Positions 59,067 to 64,000 of a stretch of DNA of 64,000 nucleotides are shown here, piece after piece. The stretch's first letter is position 1. Every line of letters begins with the position of its first letter. The translations under genes were made by a program, and so were the position numbers. Where the stretch lies: the IMG/VR virus record IMGVR_UViG_3300035501_000922; one strand, 5' to 3'. This DNA is from a virus. Taxonomy: Duplodnaviria; Caudoviricetes. The notes below the pieces were generated by a model. That model was not told the origin of the DNA. It worked only from the letters and a program-made list of their open reading frames with translations, and did no database searches.

Positions 59067-59078
59067 AATAATATATAA
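59067..59078 (-). promoter_or_regulatory. Early-type promoter TTATATATTATT
   Basis: Exact motif copy on the minus strand. Confidence 0.6.
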
Positions 59079-59126
59079 ATGATATTTATAACTCAATATC
59101 GTTTCTCCTTGATGTTGACATACATT

Positions 59127-59163
59127 AGAAGATGATTACGGAATAATTCCGTAATCATCTTCT
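59127..59163 (-). terminator. Terminator after the RNAP gene
   Basis: agaagatgattacggaa...ttccgtaatcatcttct. Confidence 0.7.
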
Positions 59164-59172
59164 TCTTTTTTT

Positions 59173-59388
59173 TTATTCTTTTTCGTTATATATTTCTTTT
59201 AATCTATTCTTTAATTCAATAATGCATTTATTACCTAATGCAGTAAGTAATATACTAGGAGTCATACGTTTTAAGATTGAGTTAGAAGCTATGATTGTAC
59301 TAACTTCTTCTTCAGGTCTAAAACTACTCCACGGTTCATATCCTGCAGGAATGATTTCACCAATAGTATTCTTTAAAGCGGTAAAATT
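59173..59388 (-). CDS. RNA polymerase beta-type subunit, exon 3 (not in the ORF track)
   Basis: NFTALKNTIGEII...SILKRM...E*. Completes GSKIA|NFTALK with two lysines 8 residues apart, as in E. coli beta K1065/K1073. Confidence 0.85.
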   Translation of the reverse strand, partial: NFTALKNTIGEIIPAGYEPWSSFRPEEEVSTIIASNSILKRMTPSILLTALGNKCIIELKNRLKEIYNEKE

Positions 59389-59667
59389 CTGTTTCTTACT
59401 ATATCTCTATAGTACATAGACTATATCTTCAATATATATTCTGTTACCAAATATACAATGCCTCCCATTTCCACATTATCTGTGTACTCTACTCAGTTAT
59501 TCATATAGATGTTTCTTCTATATTATCTTTTCGATAGTCGTTGAACGTTCTTCCATTAGGAAGCTTCGCTGCTGATTGTCTCTATTCATTAGATTGTTAC
59601 ACTTGGTACTAATGACTTGGCAAGAGTTTCCAGCAATTAAAGAGGTTTTAAATCACCTATTTTGTTA
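59389..59667 (-). mobile_element. Group I intron 2 (279 nt, no ORF)
   Basis: P aattgctggaa, Q aatcagcag, R gttcaacgacta, S aagatatagtc; P1 aaatcgct/ggtgattt with U-G pair; terminal G. Confidence 0.92.
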
Positions 59668-60648
59668 AGCGATTTTTGAGCCTATTTCAAGAGGTTCGGA
59701 ATGCTTGATATAAAATTCAATCATTACGCCACCTTCTTCAATTTTTTGTCCCTTAATGACACCAAACTTATTGGGCTCAATTTTCTTGGTTGTTTCATTT
59801 AACATCAATCCACATTTTACAATACTATTTGTAGACTCAGGGTCATATTTTTCTAAGAATTTTTTCTTCTTATTTATTGTATTATAATAGTTAGTAACTA
59901 TCTTTCTTAATGAAGGTGATAACTCATCTACTTCTACAGTAGAATATATTTTGATATCTTCAATTATACCTGAGTACTTAGAATGAATATCATTTCTACT
60001 TCCTTCAAGGACATTAGACTGTTCATCGGCACTCAGATTAGCAAGTAATGCATTAAGAGAACTATCTTCAAATGAAGTATCAAATTGAACTAAGCTATCT
60101 CCAACTTTGATTTCATCACCTTTTTTAACCATATATTCAACGTTAGCATTCTTACCAATAGTAACTTGTCTTACAAAGCACATCTCTGTTGCTGCTTCAT
60201 CAGATAACTTTTCTGTTATCATTGTAGCATCCTGATATGTATTATATGTAGACATAATTGCTACTTTGGTAAGTGTACCCATGTTCATACGGCAGTTATT
60301 AAACTTATCATTTGTAAAGAAATCTTTATGGTATGCAAGAACATCATCTTTCTTAAACTTATCACCAACTTTAAGTGGTGTAATAAGTTTATTACTAAGG
60401 AAGAATCCACCACCACCATTTTTAACAATAGTATTTGATAAGTTAATAGCACGACATTTACCAGAGTTATATTTTACAATCATGATTTCTGATGATTCAT
60501 CATAATCAATAACTGTTCCATTTTCATCAGCATTAACTACGAAGTCTGAAGAAAGTTCGAATCTACAAACTTCTTCAAAACCATTTGACATTAATACTGG
60601 TGATGATTTTTTAACAGGAATAACGTGCTTACTTTGCTTGATTGCATG
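59668..60648 (-). CDS. RNA polymerase beta-type subunit, exon 2
   Basis: HAIKQSKHVIPV...TYQDATMIT...LEIGSKIA, matching beta regions QRQAVP, NFED and GDK. Confidence 0.88.
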
Positions 60649-60956
60649 CATTTCCATGTTAAATATTGAGTCGTTACTTCAATATCAATACATAATGTAT
60701 TGTCACTATATCACTATAGTGGTCAGACTATATCTTCATTTTATACTCTATTACCGAATATAAAATGCCACCTGTTTCCACTCCACTTAGAGTGTACTCT
60801 ACTCACTTCTTCACTTAGATATTTCTTCTAAGCTATGTTTTCGATAGTCGTTGAACCTTACTCTTATAAATAAGAGTCTTGGCTGCTGATTGTCTTCAGT
60901 GAAGATGTTCCAGCAATTAAAGCGGTTTTTTAACGTTTAAGCCATGTATCAAGTTA
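60649..60956 (-). mobile_element. Group I intron 1 (308 nt, no ORF)
   Basis: Same P/Q/R/S core; P1 ttaggt/gcttaa with U-G pair; P10 cttgat-acatg pairs with the 3' exon catgcaatcaag; terminal G. Confidence 0.93.
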
Positions 60957-63900
60957 ACCTAAACGTGTAGGGTCATCTTTTGTAGCAGCTAGAGGAATTG
61001 ATAACTCACCCGGTGAGAATAGATTTGTATCATGTAATTCATTAAGCTTTTCATCTTTTAATTCAACATATCCTCTTAACGAAACAACTGAAGGATTCAT
61101 GGTAAGTGTTTTATTTACACCTACTGAACCATCAGGAGACGTTGACGGAGAGATAACACCTGTTGAGGTTTTATCAAATGTACGTTTTTCCATTGTATAT
61201 GATTCGTCAAGGTTTGCACCTCTGAAACCTTTACTGGAAATACCATGTGACATTTCCATTTCTAGTACAGGATTAAGTGTAGAGTAATCCTCTACAGTTT
61301 TTAAAGCGAGTATTTCTTTGATTACACAATCCTGTGGTACTGAGAATGTTTTCTTACCATTAGAATTACGATACAGAATATATTTTTTAGCTAATCTTTC
61401 ATAAAGAATAGCAGGAATAATTTCATTACTTCTTATTCTAGATAAACCCTGATTTATCTCAGGTGTAAACTGTGAATCAGATAATAACGATACTGCATAT
61501 ATGATGATTTCTACTAAGTCTGTTGGAAGATTGAGGTCTTCACATACTTCAATTGTAATAGGGTCCATCATAAATTCGTATACGTTTAAAAGAGCATTTG
61601 CAATTGTTGCTTTACCATATACTTTAATTAAGTAAGGCATATAGGGTTCTTTAGTATCCATTTCAGCTATTCTATACTCTGATGTATCAAGCATTCTATA
61701 ACCATTGAGGAGTAAATCAATACCAACATCAGCTTGGTATACCAAAAAGCAATCTGCAAATTTTAAGAAGTTTTCATTTGGTTTTAACTGAGGGAGTTTA
61801 TCCTCAAGTCTATATTTAACTTTTCCTTTTGTTAATAGTGATGATAAACCTTCCCAGAAACCAAGTAATAAACCTACTGCAACGAACTGACTCATTACTT
61901 TTGCTCTAGTATACATAAGTTTTTTAGGTGCTTTAGTTGAATTATATAACTCAAGTATATCATTATTAAGAGTCTTAAGAATAATATCTACAATAGTCAA
62001 ATCATCATCCGTTTTCTGTGTATTAGTATCAATAAATATTGGTGAACCGGACTTGTCTACACCTATAAACATATGACCTTTTGGAATGGATATATTCTTC
62101 GAAGAAGCATAATCAGTAGCTTCTTGCTGGTCAAAAAATAGAGTAGTTCTTCCATTTTTATATCTGGTAGCAATCTTAGAGATTTCATCATATTCGATAG
62201 TGGTCACATACTTGTTGTTAACCGATAAGCTGTTACCGAATGTGAAGTAAGATTCAAACTCACTAGATTTTTTAAGCACATTCTTTAATCTTTCAATTGA
62301 AGAAATGGACTTTGTACCTACTCTTTGAATAAACATCTTGTTGTAGTTTGTTGTGAGCTGAACTATGTCTGCACTTGTCTTTACAACAGGATATAAAAGA
62401 TTTTGTTTCTTAATGAGTTTTCTGTTACCACCGATATATAAGAATTTATCTTCAATAAACTTAGGCATATCAACTTTAATGGTATGACGTTTTCTGTTTG
62501 CATCTTCAAGATAAATAGTATATGTATCTTTGTAGTTCAACTCATCTGAAGTATCCTTAATCTGTATATCTCTAACATACATAGGAATTGACTTATTATT
62601 TAATGCTAAAATAGCATTAGTAATATCTTTAGGCATTAGCTTTTCATTATATGTCTTTTCAAAGTTATCGAACTTAATCTTGGTCATATTTTTATTTGAT
62701 GTTCTAACACTGTTTGAAACATCTTTTACAGGAATATTTATATGACTAGACTGAATCTTATTGATCTCTTTTATTGACATATTACCAACTTTAATATTCT
62801 CTTGTGCTTTCTTTAATTCCTTATCTCTTGCTGTTGAAGCCGACGACTGAGGAATAATTGGAGCAATAGTCTTATCATATATTTCACTAAGGAGTTCCTT
62901 GTCTGAATCTATATCATTTTCAACTTTCGTTAAAATTACATTTGATATCGTCTCATCAGGGATTTCTGATGTATTGGGAATATTAGCCTCAACCTCTCGA
63001 CGAACTATCTCAGCTTTGTTTTTGATTTTATTATAAATCTCAGGATTAGAAAATGCTGAGGATATTGCTGTAGGTTTTTCAATTGTATCATTTGTAACAA
63101 TTTCTGTAGCAGTTGATTTATTTATTGATTCATTAATCTTGCCGATAGAATCTTCTACAGCCTCATCTTTTTTTATGTTATCTTCGTCAATAACTGTATC
63201 AACGTTGGGTACATAAGAATACAGCTTTTTCATTTCAATTTTAAACTTTAAATAAGTTTTCTTTTCAGCTTGTGATGGATTGACTTTCAGGCATTTCTTA
63301 TCTGTATAAAGATAAAAATCAATATTAACGTCTTTTAACAATGGAAGAAAACGATACATTGAATAGTATATCATAAATACAGGATTATTCAGATTATCCG
63401 AAAGATTCTTTTCAAGTTTAAACTTTTCAATGTTTATTAAAATAAACTTATTCTTGTAAACTGAAAGATTACTTGAGTTAATAATTGCTTTAATATAATC
63501 CCAATAGATTTTAACTCTCTTTACAGGAGGAATTTTACTACAAAGAGAATTAAAAATTTGAATATACCTTGATAAATCATAGTACATGTTACGTGTGTCT
63601 TTTCCATCTATAGTCATCTTTAGATAAGGATGAACTTTAGTTTGAGTTTTAATTTTCTTATAAAGTTCTTTTCTTTCAGTTAATTCACGTATCCTATAAT
63701 TCTTATTATATAATCTTCCTCTATAAATAGGATTATAATAATAGTAATAATACCTATTTCCACTCATAAAATTAATCTTATTATTAATTATTTCTATGGA
63801 TTCATTTGTATTATTAGTGTATAAAAAACATAGATTTCCTTTACCAATTTTATCTCCTCTTGGTAAAGTAATACGACGTGTCATAGTTTTTAAATATGGA

Positions 63901-64000
63901 AGAGACTCAGGATATACTGCTTCAGTAACTACCGTGGTTTCTTCCTGTTCAGGTTCATCTGTTGCTTCTAATGATATAGGATTATCATTTATAACATCAT
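60957..64000 (-). CDS. Phage multisubunit RNA polymerase beta-type subunit (probably virion RNAP, phiKZ gp178-like), exon 1; 5' end outside window
   Basis: The frame is open to the window edge (no stop upstream of ATG 63884). Motifs YIGGNRK, STSPDGSVG and DDPTRLG; adjacent to the giant tail lysin gene, as in phiKZ. Confidence 0.85.

Noticed and set aside
59222-59419. 65-aa plus-strand ORF
   Set aside because: Antisense shadow of RNAP exon 3.
59665-60657. Independent 330-aa gene starting MEMHAIK
   Set aside because: The ATGs lie in the 3' end of intron 1; P10 pairing and motif continuity make this exon 2.
59389-60956. Intron-encoded homing endonucleases or inteins
   Set aside because: Both introns are about 300 nt or shorter and contain no ORF, and no intein motifs were seen.
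1-64000. Stop-codon reassignment
   Set aside because: Genes are intact in code 11 and there is no suppressor anticodon. The only in-gene stops (RNAP) are explained by introns.

Overview
This AT-rich window (standard code 11) comes from a large tailed phage of the phiKZ/AR9-like jumbo lineage, most likely infecting a gut Bacillota host (inference from CHAP and GH25 lysins, strong Shine-Dalgarno sites and a clostridial-type ThyA). From left to right it contains: (1) the 3' part of a HAEG-repeat fibre gene; (2) a tRNA cluster (Ser-TGA, Lys-TTT, Ser-ACT, Leu-TAA, Gln-TTG, Ile2/Met-CAT) interleaved with unexplained structured RNAs; (3) two endolysins sharing one cell-wall-binding domain; (4) dUTPase, ThyA, DHFR, SbcD-like, FEN-like and RusA-like genes; (5) a block of paralogous putative internal head proteins; (6) baseplate and tail genes; (7) a 4358-aa tail protein with five hydrolase-type domains; (8) the 3' part of a multisubunit RNA polymerase beta-type gene split by two ORF-less group I introns. 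Two promoter classes are readable directly from the sequence: AACA-N6-TA (AR9 late type, 15 exact upstream copies) and TTATATATTATT (similar to the phiKZ early motif, 6 copies). The most unusual items are a ~180-nt structured RNA ending in a CCA-bearing tRNA minihelix, a ~160-nt 6S-like rod RNA behind an early promoter, a tRNA-Ser with A34 (ACT), AR9-type late promoters in an apparently thymine-DNA phage, GGxG motifs at the hydrolase-domain boundaries of the giant tail protein, and a ~48-aa module shared by three virion genes. All protein calls come from motif recognition by eye, and all RNA folds were paired by hand. No database search or folding program was run.
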